Of a stretch of 64,000 bases of DNA, positions 62,905 through 64,000 are shown in pieces. A model generated the notes under the pieces. That model did no database searches. It was not told where the DNA came from and was given only the letters and a program-made list of their open reading frames with translations. The stretch's first letter is position 1, and each line of letters starts with the position of its first letter. The stretch comes from Heptranchias perlo (Eukaryota): the NCBI RefSeq assembly GCF_035084215.1, contig NC_090332.1, positions 34,906,001 through 34,970,000 on the forward strand. Reading direction: 5' to 3'. Made by a program: the position numbers and the translations under genes.

Positions 62905-63662
62905 TCTCCTTTTTGTTGTGATGTGGGTGAGCTGACAAAGCGGCATTTATTTTCCATCCATAGTTGAGAAGGTGGTAGTGGGCATCCTTGAACTGCTGCA
63001 GTTCTTGTGTTGATGGTGCTCTCATAATGGCGTTGGGTAGAAAATTGCAGGATTGTGATCCATCGATGATGAGAGTATATGACGATTGGGAGTATATGTC
63101 CAAGGTAGTGTGATGTGTGACTTGGAGGGGAATTTGAAGGTCTTGGTGTTTCCGTGACGTTCTTCTCAGTAGTAAGGATATGGATCTGGAGGATGCTGTC
63201 AAATTAAGCTTGGTGAGTTGCTGCAGTGCATCCTGTAGACAGCATATACTGCTACTACAATGCAGAGAACCGATCAATTGGACCGCTTTGTCCTGGATGG
63301 TATTGAGCTTCTTGACTGTCGTTACAATAGCACTCGTTCAGCTGAGTGGTGAGCATTCCATCATACTCCTGATTTGGGCTTTGTAGATGGTAGAAAGGCT
63401 TCGAGGGGTCAGCAGGTGAATCAGAATACTCTGCCTCTGCCTTGCTCTGGTAGCCATGGTGTTGATAAAGTTGATCCATTCAAGTTTCTGATCAATGGTG
63501 ACCCACCCAAGATGTTGACTGAGGACTCAGTGCTGGTGGTTAGGTTTTTTCATTTTGGAGATGGCCATTGCCTGGCACTTATGAAGTACAAATATCAGCC
63601 CAAGCTTGGATGTTGTCCAGGTCCTGCTGTATGGGCTGCTTCTTAACAGAGGAGCTGTGAAT
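62905..63662 (-). mobile_element. Third, heavily decayed 3' fragment of the APE-RT LINE family
   Basis: gagaaggtggtagtggg...cttgaactgctgcag, gtgtgacttggaggg and ggagatggccattgcctggcactta match 29540-30300. Confidence 0.85.
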
Positions 63663-64000
63663 ACTGGAATTAACAGCTTTATTTTTATACTATACTGTCA
63701 TATTATTAGTGATTCACTTGAAGTCAAAGCCTAGAAATTACTGTTGGCAATGTTAGTGGATGAATGAATGACCTGTTTGTATAACATTCCTTTCTCCGCT
63801 ATTTTAACTGAGGTGTTTACCTGTTTAAAATAAATGGGTAATACCTGCATTAAAACAGTGGACAGAGGAATATCGTACTATCACCAACAGTTCATTTCTA
63901 GGCTGCAAAAAGCATAGGTGTATAGATTACCAAAATGTAAATGATTCACCGTTACAGTTTTTGGGCCGACTTAGTGGGACATTAAGTAGTATACATACCA

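Noticed and set aside
1-64000. CRISPR arrays, operons or other prokaryotic systems
   Set aside because: Spliceosomal introns and vertebrate retroelements throughout; no regularly spaced repeat-spacer array seen.
60745-64000. Second exon of the C1orf115-like gene
   Set aside because: No NVGK-like exon with an acceptor was found; presumably beyond the window.

Overview
Intron-rich, repeat-rich vertebrate genomic DNA; the repeat complement suggests a cartilaginous fish such as a shark (inference). Three host genes: (1) RD3-family gene on + (coding exons 4139-4434 and 11371-11668, 197 aa) with a candidate photoreceptor-type promoter near 1.0-1.5 kb; (2) an unnamed 6-coding-exon Ser/Arg/Lys-rich gene on - (49704 to 25127, about 163 aa, ending ...TGKKIKMKVKKTRDDKERDRNRAELLQFLNSAL) starting from a CpG island near 50.4 kb; (3) the first coding exon of a C1orf115/DUF4710-like gene on + (60331-60744). 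The rest is mostly transposable elements: Penelope-like elements (RT + GIY-YIG) with TSDs and minimal hammerhead ribozymes, CR1, L2 and RTE fragments, tRNA-derived SINEs and Harbinger elements/MITEs. Most notable: a near-intact 3.3-kb APE-RT LINE (29468-32754, -) with a tRNA-Thr(AGU)-like head carrying A and B boxes, no ORF1, no AUG before its endonuclease domain and no TTTT anywhere on its sense strand, which suggests a Pol III-transcribed, cap-independently translated protein-coding retrotransposon. Also notable: a 230-bp palindromic Penelope-derived insertion carrying a hammerhead on each strand. All observations were read by eye; repeat boundaries without TSDs are approximate.
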